Assembly (NCBI GenBank): GCA_017857245.1
Contig: JAFMDO010000001.1
Span: forward strand, 25,713 to 89,712
Direction: 5' to 3'
Source of the DNA: Pontimonas sp.
Lineage (GTDB): Bacteria > Actinomycetota > Actinomycetes > Actinomycetales > Microbacteriaceae
DNA: 64,000 nucleotides
Shown here: positions 1 through 10,068 of the stretch, one piece after another
How the letters are laid out: every line of letters begins with the position of its first letter
Numbering within the stretch: the stretch's first letter is position 1
Translations under genes and position numbers: made by a program
The notes under the pieces: model-generated
What the model was told of the DNA's origin: nothing
The model's input: the letters and a program-made list of their open reading frames with translations, nothing else
Databases searched by the model: none

Positions 1-1
1 C

Positions 2-547
<546 letters not shown>

Positions 548-549
548 CC

Positions 550-810
550 GTGGCTAACCTTCAGGTCACTGTCGTCTCCGCGACTGCTGAAGTGTGGTCG
601 GGGGAGGCGTCAATGGTTGTGGCAAAAACCACCGAGGGCGAGATTGGTATCCTGGCCGGCCACGAACCCACTCTCGGTGTTTTATCTGCTGGAGAAGTTC
701 GCATCACGACCGCGGATGGGCAAAAAGTCACCGCCAAAGCAGAAGATGGGTTCTTATCAGTGGATAACAACATTGTGACGGTTGTGGCTGGCCTCGCGGA
801 GATTATTTAG
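550..810 (+). CDS. atpC: F0F1 ATP synthase subunit epsilon
   Basis: An in-frame GTG at 550 lies 3 nt after the atpD stop. VANLQVTVVSATAEVWSGEASMVVAKTTEGEIGILAGHEP matches the epsilon N-terminal beta-sandwich, and the position directly after atpD fits. Confidence 0.85.
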   Translation: MANLQVTVVSATAEVWSGEASMVVAKTTEGEIGILAGHEPTLGVLSAGEVRITTADGQKVTAKAEDGFLSVDNNIVTVVAGLAEII

Positions 811-816
811 CGCCTG

Positions 817-1575
817 ATGCTGGTTATCCTCCCGCCCTCGGAGACCAAAGTCTCCGGCGGAAGAGAGGGAACAAAACTCGATTTAGTTGGCTTGAGCTAC
901 CCCAGCCAGACGGCATTTCGTCAGACGCTTCTCTCTGAGCTTCGCAAGCTTTCTGCGGAGCCTGAACAAGCCAAAAAAGCTCTGAAGCTTGGCCCAAAAG
1001 GGGAAAGCGACATCGAGCGAAACCAGGTGGTGGCTTCCTCACCTGTAGTGCCAGCGCTCGAGCGCTACACAGGGGTGCTCTATGACGCGCTGGGCTATTC
1101 AACCCTTGAATCATCGAAGCGTGCGTGGGTGGACCGGCACGTGGGGGTGTTCTCAGCGCTCTTTGGTCTCATTCGAGCTGCTGATCTCATTCCTGCCTAC
1201 CGGCTCTCATTTGATTCGAGCCTTGCCTCGGGCACACCGGGAAAATCATGGGCTTTAGCCCGTGAGTCCTTGTGGGCGGAAGTGCCAGGTTTTGTCCTTG
1301 ATCTGCGAAGCGAGGGGTATCGGGCACTCTCACCGGTCCCGGCAGGTCGCGGCGTTTTTGTGGCTTTGGTGAGGCCTGGCCCGCTAGGTTCCCGGAAAGC
1401 CCTGGGTCACACCAACAAAGCGACCAAGGGAGCCTTGGTCAAACGTCTTGCCGACACCGGTGCCGTGCTGGAGACTGTGGCAGAGCTGGTGGCATGGGGG
1501 GCAAAGGAAGGATATGAATTTGACCCAGCGAGCCACCACGAGGGCCGAATCGATCTGGTGATCAGCGGTAGCTGA
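817..1575 (+). CDS. yaaA: YaaA-family peroxide stress protein (DUF328/UPF0246)
   Basis: The N-terminus MLVILPPSETK and the later ALERYTGVLYDAL are hallmark YaaA motifs. Length is 252 aa. Confidence 0.8.
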   Translation: MLVILPPSETKVSGGREGTKLDLVGLSYPSQTAFRQTLLSELRKLSAEPEQAKKALKLGPKGESDIERNQVVASSPVVPALERYTGVLYDALGYSTLESSKRAWVDRHVGVFSALFGLIRAADLIPAYRLSFDSSLASGTPGKSWALARESLWAEVPGFVLDLRSEGYRALSPVPAGRGVFVALVRPGPLGSRKALGHTNKATKGALVKRLADTGAVLETVAELVAWGAKEGYEFDPASHHEGRIDLVISGS

Positions 1576-2023
1576 TGCCTTCTAGGGCGAGAAGTTTCTC
1601 CTTCGTGGGAATCCCCTCACCACCGCTATAGCCGGTGATCCGCCCAGTGGAGGCGAGAATGCGGTGACACGGCACCAGGATGGGAATCGGGTTTCTCCCC
1701 ACCGCCCCTCCCACAGCGCGAGGCGCTGTGCCCCGGCCTGCTTTTTCACCGAGTACCTGGTAACTCAGGGTGCGGCCATAGGGCACGGTTTGCAACGCGG
1801 TCCAGATGGCCTCTTGGAAAGCTGTCCCCGAGAGGTGAAGCGGCAAATCAAAGGTAGTTCGAGTGCCCAAAAAATACTCGTCGAGTTGGGTTTTGGCCCT
1901 CCCCAGCAGCGGCGTGGATTCAGAATCGGCATGGCGAATTCCGATGGCAAGACCGACGATGGCGTCGCCCTCGGCTGAAACAGTGAGGGGGCCGAGTGGG
2001 CTTTCCAGTGTCAGGTGTTCCAT
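1562..2023 (-). CDS. ogt: Methylated-DNA--protein-cysteine methyltransferase
   Basis: Contains the active-site PCHR motif (ILVPCHRILAS) and the preceding VPYGRTLSYQVLG helix-turn-wing region. Length is 153 aa. Confidence 0.9.
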   Translation of the reverse strand: MEHLTLESPLGPLTVSAEGDAIVGLAIGIRHADSESTPLLGRAKTQLDEYFLGTRTTFDLPLHLSGTAFQEAIWTALQTVPYGRTLSYQVLGEKAGRGTAPRAVGGAVGRNPIPILVPCHRILASTGRITGYSGGEGIPTKEKLLALEGISYR

Positions 2024-2079
2024 TCCCCCAGCCTAAAACAGTCGGTGCTGTGGTGGAGCGGATAAAGAGAAACTGTGGA

Positions 2080-3132
2080 TTAGTTCTCGCTGAGGGTTTC
2101 CTCGCTGGAGATCAGCTCGTCTTTCGACTCCAAGGTGATATTGATTCCTTGATTGAGCTCAGACACTTCGTTATTGAGCGTGGTGAGCTCATCGAGTCGC
2201 AGGTTGTATTCCGCAATCTTGCTCTGCAGCGTGGAACGCATTGTTTCGAGACGGGCTTGGCGCTCTTGGAGGGGGACCCGCGCCTGCTCGAACTGAGACT
2301 TGGACGGGAAAGCTCCCGGTGTCGAAGCTTTTTCGTTGAAAGCATTGATGTCTGCCCGGAGCGCCGCATTGGCTTCATCGTAGGCAAAGCGGAGCCCATC
2401 GATTTCTGCGTTGAGGGAGGTCAATTCATTGCTCAGGTCTGTGAGCTCCTGCTGCAACGATTCGAACACTGCATCAACGGCATCGGCATGCGCCACAACC
2501 TTCGCCCGGTCGGCAAAATACTGCGCATAGTGTGCCGCCAGAGGAGCGGGAATAGTGGCGATTTCTGTGCCAATGATGGAGTACAACTCCGGGATGCGAG
2601 AAGCCGCACTAAAGCTTTCGTAGCTGGCGATGCGTTCATAGAGTGGGTGGGTGGATGGCAAGGAAGCGAAAGCTTCCTCCAGCAGAATCGCGATTTCTTC
2701 TTTCTCGGCGGCAGTGAGTCTCGCCCATGCGGCATGGAGCATCTCGTGGGCTGCCACTACAGGCTCGATGCTGGTGAGGCGAGGGTCTGTGACATCAAAC
2801 AAATAGATCCGGCGATCGTTCAGGGTGTAACACCCCAGCACGCCGATCCCCGGCTCGTTTCGGCTGCAGTAGCGGGCAAACTCGATAGCCGGCACTACCT
2901 GAGGGAGAGAGGTCATGAGGTAGAGCTCCCCCGTTTCCGAGAGGCCCGCTTGCGTCACTAATTCTTGAATCTCGGATGACGCGTCAAATTGTTGGGCAAC
3001 GAGTTGATCCTTCAGGAGCTGCTCGTTGTCCCACACCCAACGCGCACCCCACGCGGCTCCGCCTTGCACAACAAGTGCACCCAGTGCGAGCACAGCGATA
3101 AGGCTGCGACTGACGATGCGAGCTGCGGACAC
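2080..3132 (-). CDS. Membrane-anchored hypothetical protein with an HExxH motif and a long C-terminal coiled coil
   Basis: The N-terminal signal-anchor is SRSLIAVLALGALVVQGGAAW. HEMLH lies at nt 2734-2748. The last ~150 aa are heptad-like and rich in E/L/Q/A. Composition is protein-like, unlike the antisense ORF. Confidence 0.6.
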   Translation of the reverse strand: MSAARIVSRSLIAVLALGALVVQGGAAWGARWVWDNEQLLKDQLVAQQFDASSEIQELVTQAGLSETGELYLMTSLPQVVPAIEFARYCSRNEPGIGVLGCYTLNDRRIYLFDVTDPRLTSIEPVVAAHEMLHAAWARLTAAEKEEIAILLEEAFASLPSTHPLYERIASYESFSAASRIPELYSIIGTEIATIPAPLAAHYAQYFADRAKVVAHADAVDAVFESLQQELTDLSNELTSLNAEIDGLRFAYDEANAALRADINAFNEKASTPGAFPSKSQFEQARVPLQERQARLETMRSTLQSKIAEYNLRLDELTTLNNEVSELNQGINITLESKDELISSEETLSEN

Positions 3133-3263
3133 GGGTACTCCCTTTTTCTTGTGTCTCTATTGTCCTGGAGGGGTGCCCTGGGAACGCTGTGCCTCGACCG
3201 GGTGTTGGGGATTATGCGTGTGGGTTGAGGGTGGTTGGGAATGCGCCCGGTAATCTACACGCA

Positions 3264-3980
3264 ATGAGTCTTTTTGATGCAACGACGGTCACTCCGCCGG
3301 CGCCCTGTTCGCGGTGCGGCGAGTTGGTCAACGCGGTCAGTATGTTTTGTCCCGCTTGCGGTCAATCCGGCATTCGACCTCTGCCCGCCCCGGTGGTTGA
3401 CGAACCAGATCCTCTCGTTGAAGCCGAATTAGAACCTGATCACCAGCAGCAAGAGCAAACGACAGACCCTCTTCAACGAGCGACCGGTTGGCTGCGCCGA
3501 AGCTTGAATCTCGGGAAAAGACCGATTTCTGAGGGGGAAAAAGTCACAGGACAGTCCACTCCGGTGGATCATCCCACAGAAGCAATGTCTCTTTTTGAGA
3601 TCGAAGAAGCCGAGAAGGTTTCACACGATAAACCACGAAAAAAGCAGGCTTCCCTTCGGTTTGTGTTGAAGTTTGAATCAGGCCTGTCCTTCACGATTGG
3701 CGACACTCCAGGAGTTGTGGGGACTTCCCCGATGTCCGAGGAGCCCGAAGAGGGGCTCCATCGAATCTCGGTGTTTGATGAGGCGGGCACTGTTGCTGAG
3801 GAACACCTGCAGTTCGGGGTGAGCCGGGGTGTGTTTTGGGTCAAAGATTTGCAGACAGTAGCTGGAACAGTGGTGGAAGAGCCTGGTTCTCCCGCACTGC
3901 AATGCATCCCGCTCGATACCTACTCCCTGGTGCGTGGCTCGCGGGTCAGAATGGGTGGCCTTTCCTTCACCCTTCACTAA
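3264..3980 (+). CDS. Zinc-ribbon plus FHA-like domain protein
   Basis: Contains CSRCGELVNAVSMFCPACG (CxxC-x10-CxxC), then an acidic/Pro-rich linker. The C-terminal ~100 aa have an FHA-like pattern (FTIGDTPGVVG...EEHLQF...FWVKDLQTVAGTVV...VRGSRVRMGGLSFTL). The ATG at 3264 is preferred over the ORF-track start at 3189. Confidence 0.6.
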   Translation: MSLFDATTVTPPAPCSRCGELVNAVSMFCPACGQSGIRPLPAPVVDEPDPLVEAELEPDHQQQEQTTDPLQRATGWLRRSLNLGKRPISEGEKVTGQSTPVDHPTEAMSLFEIEEAEKVSHDKPRKKQASLRFVLKFESGLSFTIGDTPGVVGTSPMSEEPEEGLHRISVFDEAGTVAEEHLQFGVSRGVFWVKDLQTVAGTVVEEPGSPALQCIPLDTYSLVRGSRVRMGGLSFTLH

Positions 3981-4054
3981 CCCCGCGGTCCACATCCCGC
4001 GAGCGATGCTGATGTTTCACCTGACTGTCCGCTGACTCCCTCCAAGCCATCTCT

Positions 4055-6502
4055 GTGTGGTTCACTGCGCCGGTGCGCACCGCTGAACCTCAACAACCCG
4101 CTGTTTCACCTTCGCCTCGCTTTCCGTGGATTCCCGCTGTTACTCCCGTGGTCTTGGCGGTACTAATGTCGTTGCTGTTCCAGTCTTCCCTTGCACTGAT
4201 CATGGGAGTTGTGGGACCCGCCATGGTTGCGGGCGCCTGGTGGGAGAGCCGAAGAAGCCACCACAGAAGCGACCGGGCGAGCTGGCAAGAATACGAAGAA
4301 CAACTCTCTCTCTGGCGCCACAGCCAAGAGCTGAGCCGAGAAAACATGAAACGCGAAGCGCTTGCCGCGCAACCGGGGTTGCTGAAACACCTCAGAGATC
4401 CGCTCTGGCGAGACAGACCAGGCGCCATAACTACTCTCCGGATCGGTACCGGGTGGTGGACGCCGCCACCGGGGGACTTTCCGGAGGCCTCAGAGGCGGT
4501 ATCAGGGATGCCAGCTCTCGTTGAGGGTGGTCGGGGAATTGCCCTGGTGGGCCCTGACACTCTGATGCCGATCTGGCGTTCACTATTGGCTGTCTGGATT
4601 AGTGCTTCACGCCAGGAGCAACGCGATTCTCTGCCGGAGGGTTTAGGAGAGGGGGCCCCAGCCCCGAGGGATTACCGAGGCCTTTCTCGAGCAGCGTGGG
4701 TCTCCCGCATCGAGGATGTGCCCGGAGAATGTGAGATTTTGGTCGTTGCCTCGGGCGCCCACCACGTTCACCTTCGGGACTCAACAGGTGTGACCCGAAC
4801 AATCTCCCCCGACCGACTCTCTGGCGCCGAGTTTGCCTGGGTTGCCCGGCGTTTAGGGCTACCGCTCGCCCAGGAGGCGGGGAGCCTGGAACACGATTAC
4901 ACCCGGCGCGATGAACTTTTTCTCGAACTAGGGGACCGTTCGCGGTGGGACTTAGTGCAACAGGGTCCTCACGGTGTGGTGTGGGGGTCCACGGGTTCAG
5001 GGAAAAGCGTGACCGTTGCCTCGATGGTGTGTTCCCTTGCAACCAGGTATTCCCCAGAAAAGTTTGTGTGTGTGGTGATTGATTTCAAAGGCGGTGCGGG
5101 TCTCGCGACTCTCACAACGCTTCCCCACACGGTGGGATGTGTCACCGACTTGGACCCTTCTCGGGCACAGCGCGCTCTGGCGGGCATTACGCGGGAAATG
5201 GAAGCCCGGGAGCGGCTACTTCTCGAAAACGAGGTAAGCGACATCGCAATGCTTCCGGAGGCCGTGCCCTGCCCTCGTCTCATCATTGCCCTGGACGAGG
5301 CAGCGTGGTTGCTAGGAAACTTCCCTGCGTGGGCGAGTGTGCTGGCAGATGTTTTGGCTCGCGGGAGGTCTCTCGGGATTCATGTCCTCATTGCCACTCA
5401 GCGGGTTCACGGCGTCCTGAGCCCCGCCATGATGGCCAACATTTCGCTGCGTGTGTGTGGTCGAGTGAGCGACGAGGGAGAGATTACGGCGTGGATGTCG
5501 GGGTTATCAACCAGGCGCATAGAAGCTTTACGCGGCGCACCGCCAGGATCCGCGGTGGCGGTGGGCGCCCATCGACTTGCCACAAACGTCACCCTTGCCC
5601 CACCTGATATCTCAGGCATGCCTGGTTTTCAGCCTTCGTCATGGCGGGTGTGGACTGAGGAGCTTCCCCAGGAGCACCCCCTTGCACCTGGATCCTGGGG
5701 ACTCCTGGATGACACGCTCCATCGGTGCCACAAAGCGGTCACTTTCGACCCGTGGAGCGAAGGCTCAGTTTTGGTGGTGGGCGACCCTCGAAGCGGGAGA
5801 ACGACGGCGCTTGCCGCCCTGTCAGCCCAGTGTTCAGAGGTAGTTGTAGCCCCACAAGACCCGCTCTCGGTTCTCCTTCTTATCCAAGCGGCCTCGCAGG
5901 AGAGCATTCTGGTCATTGATGATGTTGACGATCTGCTTGCTCGGTCGGGATCGGAGGGTGCTCCCTATCTTCTTGAGCATTTGGCCGCGAGGCGGGGTGT
6001 GGTTCTCATGAGCACAAAGGCCAGCACTCCTTCCCTGAGAGGGTTGAGCCGAATTGCCTCTCACACCCTCATCTTGTCCTTGGCCAACCCCGAGAGTTCG
6101 ATGGCTGTGGGTGGAGCGGGGAAACAGGCCCCGGGACGCGGCACATGGGACGGGCGGGAAGTTCAAGTTGCGTGTGGAGGAGAGCTGGGAGTGCCGAGTC
6201 ACAATCGGGCGAACAGTACTTCGAACTGTCCGCCCATCGTTATTTCCCGCTTCCCAGAGGAGTGGCGGGGTGTGGAAACCTCGTTCTTAGGCCGACCAAC
6301 CGACCTCTTCGCTACTTGGGCATCGCTGCTGAAGAGTGTTGACAAGCACCCCGTGATTATTGATCGGGTGGCGCCCCTGGAGCTTCGCCAAGCAACCGCC
6401 GGATACCTCGTGGTTCCTCCGATCGCGCCACCCGAGGGAGCGGCGCTCTTGTGGGAGAGAGGAAAACTGTGCGTTGTTATGCGAGAACGCTGGCAACGCT
6501 GA
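4055..6502 (+). CDS. FtsK/SpoIIIE-family ATPase with two N-terminal TM helices (EccC/EssC-like, short form)
   Basis: Two TM helices near the N-terminus. Walker A GSTGSGKS at nt 4985-5008, Walker B LIIALDEA, and IATQR. A second, degenerate P-loop GDPRSGRTT at nt 5780-5806, followed by LVIDDVDD. Confidence 0.8.
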   Translation: MWFTAPVRTAEPQQPAVSPSPRFPWIPAVTPVVLAVLMSLLFQSSLALIMGVVGPAMVAGAWWESRRSHHRSDRASWQEYEEQLSLWRHSQELSRENMKREALAAQPGLLKHLRDPLWRDRPGAITTLRIGTGWWTPPPGDFPEASEAVSGMPALVEGGRGIALVGPDTLMPIWRSLLAVWISASRQEQRDSLPEGLGEGAPAPRDYRGLSRAAWVSRIEDVPGECEILVVASGAHHVHLRDSTGVTRTISPDRLSGAEFAWVARRLGLPLAQEAGSLEHDYTRRDELFLELGDRSRWDLVQQGPHGVVWGSTGSGKSVTVASMVCSLATRYSPEKFVCVVIDFKGGAGLATLTTLPHTVGCVTDLDPSRAQRALAGITREMEARERLLLENEVSDIAMLPEAVPCPRLIIALDEAAWLLGNFPAWASVLADVLARGRSLGIHVLIATQRVHGVLSPAMMANISLRVCGRVSDEGEITAWMSGLSTRRIEALRGAPPGSAVAVGAHRLATNVTLAPPDISGMPGFQPSSWRVWTEELPQEHPLAPGSWGLLDDTLHRCHKAVTFDPWSEGSVLVVGDPRSGRTTALAALSAQCSEVVVAPQDPLSVLLLIQAASQESILVIDDVDDLLARSGSEGAPYLLEHLAARRGVVLMSTKASTPSLRGLSRIASHTLILSLANPESSMAVGGAGKQAPGRGTWDGREVQVACGGELGVPSHNRANSTSNCPPIVISRFPEEWRGVETSFLGRPTDLFATWASLLKSVDKHPVIIDRVAPLELRQATAGYLVVPPIAPPEGAALLWERGKLCVVMRERWQR

Positions 6503-7592
6503 CGGTGTCATGACCTGTTGCCAAGCCCACCGGGGCGTTGGTGAGTTGTCCCCCGTGGGTGTTCAGGCCCTGGGCCAACCCTGCATCGAGAGAGAGCGCC
6601 TCTTTCCAACCGCGGGACGCAAGAGCCCTGACGTAGGGCATGGTCGCGTTGGTGAGCGCCATGGTGGAGGTCTGCGGCACAGCGCCTGGCATATTTGCCA
6701 CGCAGTAGTAGACGCTGTTGTGGACCGCAAACGTGGGATCAGCGTGGGTGGTGGGTTTGGATCCCTCGAAGCAACCGCCCTGATCCACGGCAATGTCAAC
6801 GAGGACGCTCCCTGGCTTCATTCTGGAGACAAGGTCCAGAGATACGAGCTTCGGTGCTTTAGCGCCGGGTATCAGTACCGACCCAATCACGAGGTCGGCG
6901 GCGAGGCAGGCCCGCTCGATTTCCAAAGAGTTTGAGGCAGCAGTTTTGATGCGCCCCGCATAGAGTGCGTCCAATTCCTTCAATCGTTGAAGGTTGGTGT
7001 CCAAGACAGTCACATCTGCACCCAGCCCAACCGCAACAGAAATGGCGTTTGTTCCGGCAACACCGCCACCGAGGACGACGACAGAGCTTGGTCTCGTTCC
7101 CGGGACGCCGGGGACCAATTGACCCATGCCTCCCGCGGGCTTGAGCAGCGTGGCGGCACCAACAATGGCGGAGAGCCTGCCGGCCACCTCGCTCATCGGT
7201 GCCAACAACGGAAGTCCTCCCGTTCGCCCCTCCACGGTTTCATAGGCGATTGCTGTGGTTCCCGCAGCCAAGAGCGCATCGGTCAGCTCTGGCTCGGCGG
7301 CGAGGTGGAGATAGGTGAATAGCACCAGGTCGGAGCGAAAATGCCCGTATTCGCTCGCCACGGGCTCTTTGACCTTGACGACCATTTCCGCGCTCTCCCA
7401 GACGCTCGCAGCGTCTGGGGCAATCGTGGCACCCTCCGCGGCGTAATCAGCATCAGAGATGCCGGATCCTTCGCCAGCAGCGGTTTCAACGCTGACATGG
7501 TGACCGCCCAACACCAGGTCTCTCACCCCAGCCGGAGTGATGGCAACCCGAAACTCGTTGTTTTTTACTTCCCGTGGAATCGAAATCTTCAC
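6477..7592 (-). CDS. ald: Alanine dehydrogenase
   Basis: MKISIPREVKNNEFRVAITPAGV is the classic Ald N-terminus. Contains the VVVLGGGVAGTNA Rossmann motif. Length is 371 aa. Confidence 0.95.
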   Translation of the reverse strand: MKISIPREVKNNEFRVAITPAGVRDLVLGGHHVSVETAAGEGSGISDADYAAEGATIAPDAASVWESAEMVVKVKEPVASEYGHFRSDLVLFTYLHLAAEPELTDALLAAGTTAIAYETVEGRTGGLPLLAPMSEVAGRLSAIVGAATLLKPAGGMGQLVPGVPGTRPSSVVVLGGGVAGTNAISVAVGLGADVTVLDTNLQRLKELDALYAGRIKTAASNSLEIERACLAADLVIGSVLIPGAKAPKLVSLDLVSRMKPGSVLVDIAVDQGGCFEGSKPTTHADPTFAVHNSVYYCVANMPGAVPQTSTMALTNATMPYVRALASRGWKEALSLDAGLAQGLNTHGGQLTNAPVGLATGHDTVSVASVLA

Positions 7593-7683
7593 CGCAGGTA
7601 CCCCTTAGCTTCGTGGCTAAACCCGGGGATAGTCATTCGCTATCGACCCTTAGTAGCAGGCTCTCACATGAGCCCGGCTCAGT

Positions 7684-8655
7684 CTATATCGTGGCTCGAA
7701 GTCCTCCAATAACCTTTTCTCCGCCCAAGACAGCAGTGGACACTCGGGCCGTGAGTTCCCCTGCAACAGAGGAGGTGATTGCTCCGATTTTTGCGAGGGC
7801 CGCCAGCGCAACAGGTGTCGTGGCGCGCATGGAACCATCGAGTATCTTCACAGCGACGGCCACTCCACTTGGTGTTGCGATCGTAACCAATCCTTCTGCG
7901 CCGATCTTTGCGATGCCACCGATCGTGTCAATGGTCACCGTGTTGTCGCGACCATGACCATCGAGGGCCCACGAGTGGGCTGCGACCGCTGAGAGAAGGC
8001 GTTGCTCGGGCTCGGTGTCTGCCTTCCCAATCTTGGCCATGGCCCGCGCAAGCCCCTTCACGCTGATCGCGTGAAGGGGCGCGCCGCAACCGTCGGCGGA
8101 GCTGTGGGAGGGGACTTCTTCGGTGTAGCGGACGATGGTGTCAAAAACCAGACTTTGAAGCGGATGCTCCGGCTCAAGGTAGGTGTCCTTATCCCACCCC
8201 GCATGCTCGCACGTTGCCAGGAAGCCAGCGTGCTTTCCCGAACAATTCATGGCCAGGCGACTGGGAGATCCCACCTCCTTCTCCATCAGCGCGCGTTCCT
8301 TTGCACCCAGAGGCCAATCCTCGGGGCACAGCAGCTGCTCGGGGGACACGCCATGGTTGGTGAGTAGTTGCTCGATAGCTCCGCGGTGTTCTGAAGAACC
8401 GCAGTGGCTTGCCGTGCTGAGAGCCAATTCCTGCGGAGTGAGGTCCACCCCGGCGGAGAGCATGGCGAGGGCTTGAAGAGGTTTGACAGTGGAGCGGGGA
8501 TAAACCACAGCGTCAGAATTGCCACCCTCAAGGAGAACTTTTCCGGTGTGATCCACCACGGCAAAAACTCCATGATGGATCGACTCCACGAGGGAATCTC
8601 GAACCAATTCAGCGACAACAACGCCGTCGCCGGATGTGAGCGGGTGGAGACCCAC
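7684..8655 (-). CDS. Asparaginase, Rhizobium-type (Asparaginase_II family)
   Basis: Contains the motifs VESIHHGVFAVVD, YPRSTVKPLQALAML, NCSGKHAGFLA and DGCGAP, which are typical of this family. Confidence 0.8.
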   Translation of the reverse strand: MGLHPLTSGDGVVVAELVRDSLVESIHHGVFAVVDHTGKVLLEGGNSDAVVYPRSTVKPLQALAMLSAGVDLTPQELALSTASHCGSSEHRGAIEQLLTNHGVSPEQLLCPEDWPLGAKERALMEKEVGSPSRLAMNCSGKHAGFLATCEHAGWDKDTYLEPEHPLQSLVFDTIVRYTEEVPSHSSADGCGAPLHAISVKGLARAMAKIGKADTEPEQRLLSAVAAHSWALDGHGRDNTVTIDTIGGIAKIGAEGLVTIATPSGVAVAVKILDGSMRATTPVALAALAKIGAITSSVAGELTARVSTAVLGGEKVIGGLRATI

Positions 8656-8658
8656 TAT

Positions 8659-10005
8659 TTAGAGCGATTCCAATCCCGCGGCCATAACGGCCACGGCTTC
8701 CTCCAGCTGACTATCCGTGATCACCAGGGAGGGTAGGAAACGAAGCACATTTCCAAAGCTCCCGGCAGTGAGGATGAGCACACCCTGCTGGAGGGCATAA
8801 GCCTGGAGGGCTTTGGCGATGTCGGCGGAAGGTTTCCCGGTCGCGGGGTCATGGAACTCGATGGCGATCATTGCCCCGATGCCTCGAACGTCTGCGACGT
8901 GAGGGAATCGGTTCTTCAGGCCGTCGAGGCCTGACATCAGAGTCTTTTCTATTCTCTTGGCTTCGGCCAGAAGACCAAGTCTTTCCACTTCGGAGAACAC
9001 CGCGACCACCGCTGCGCAGGAGACCGGGTTGCCCCCAAAAGTCCCACCCAGTCCGCCTGGGTGGGAAGAGTCCATGATCTCCGCGCGCCCCGTAACGGCG
9101 GCAATCGGCATTCCGCCACCAATTCCTTTGGCGCTTGTCACCATGTCGGGAACAATGCCGAAGTGGTCGCTGGCAAAGTACGAGCCCGTCCGGGCCATCC
9201 CGCTTTGCACTTCATCCGAAACATAGACAATCCCATTGTCGTGACACCACTTGAGGAGTGCGGGGAGGTAGCCCTTTGCCGGGACGATGAAACCCCCTTC
9301 ACCCTGAATAGGTTCGACCACAAGGCAGGCGATTTGGCTGGCGCCAACGCGTTTTTCCAAATGGGTAATCGTCCGCTCGGCAGCTTCTTCGCCGCTGAGC
9401 CCATCGTGGAAGGGCGAGGAGTTAGGTGCATGGTGAACAGATCCTGCTAGCGGACCGAAACCCGTGCCATAGGGGTGCATGTTGTAGTTCATCGCCGAGG
9501 TCAAGTTCGTGCGTCCGTGATAGCCGTGGTGCAACACGGCTATTTCTGTCCGACCGGTGTGTTTGCGCGCGATTTTCACAGCATTCTCAACAGCTTCTGC
9601 GCCGGAATTCACCAAGACGGATTTTTTCGCAAAATCACCGGGAGTGTGACGGGCGAGCAGTTCACAGACCTCGATGTAGGGCTCGTAGCCCGCCACCGCG
9701 AACAAGGTATGGGTGACTTTGGCGGCCTGCTCAGCGATGGCGTCCACCACGGCGTCGTTGGTGTGGCCGATGGTCATCACACCGATACCCCCAGTCAAAT
9801 CCAGGAACTGATTGCCATCTACATCGACAATGATCGCGTCGTGAGCGTGGGCGGCATACACCGGGAAAGTCGCGGACACTCCACCGGACACGGTCGCTTG
9901 GCGACGCGCGTGAAGCTTCTGTGATTCGGGCCCGGGGATCTCCGTGATCAGGCGGGGAGACAGCGCACCTGTCTTTGCGGATCGGGAGGAAAGAGTGTCG
10001 GTCAT
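8659..10005 (-). CDS. gabT: 4-aminobutyrate--2-oxoglutarate aminotransferase (class III PLP aminotransferase)
   Basis: From the ATG at 10005 the protein reads MTDTLSSRSAKTG...EIPGPESQKL. Also contains VNSGAEAVENAVKIAR, DEVQSGMARTG and SAKGIGGG. The ORF-track N-terminal extension overlaps the divergent OsmC gene and is not protein-like. Confidence 0.9.
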   Translation of the reverse strand: MTDTLSSRSAKTGALSPRLITEIPGPESQKLHARRQATVSGGVSATFPVYAAHAHDAIIVDVDGNQFLDLTGGIGVMTIGHTNDAVVDAIAEQAAKVTHTLFAVAGYEPYIEVCELLARHTPGDFAKKSVLVNSGAEAVENAVKIARKHTGRTEIAVLHHGYHGRTNLTSAMNYNMHPYGTGFGPLAGSVHHAPNSSPFHDGLSGEEAAERTITHLEKRVGASQIACLVVEPIQGEGGFIVPAKGYLPALLKWCHDNGIVYVSDEVQSGMARTGSYFASDHFGIVPDMVTSAKGIGGGMPIAAVTGRAEIMDSSHPGGLGGTFGGNPVSCAAVVAVFSEVERLGLLAEAKRIEKTLMSGLDGLKNRFPHVADVRGIGAMIAIEFHDPATGKPSADIAKALQAYALQQGVLILTAGSFGNVLRFLPSLVITDSQLEEAVAVMAAGLESL

Positions 10006-10068
10006 AAAGCCCCAGTGTAGACCTGTAGCCTCGAAAAACAGCGGGAGCAAGCCTGGAGGGGAGCGGTT

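Noticed and set aside
1996-2961. A 321-aa plus-strand ORF almost fully antisense to the HExxH/coiled-coil gene.
   Set aside because: Its translation is Arg/Cys/Phe-rich with no motifs. Coiled-coil coding sequence (GAG/CTC/CAG/GCN codons) is naturally stop-free on the opposite strand. The minus-strand product has a signal anchor, HExxH and heptads.
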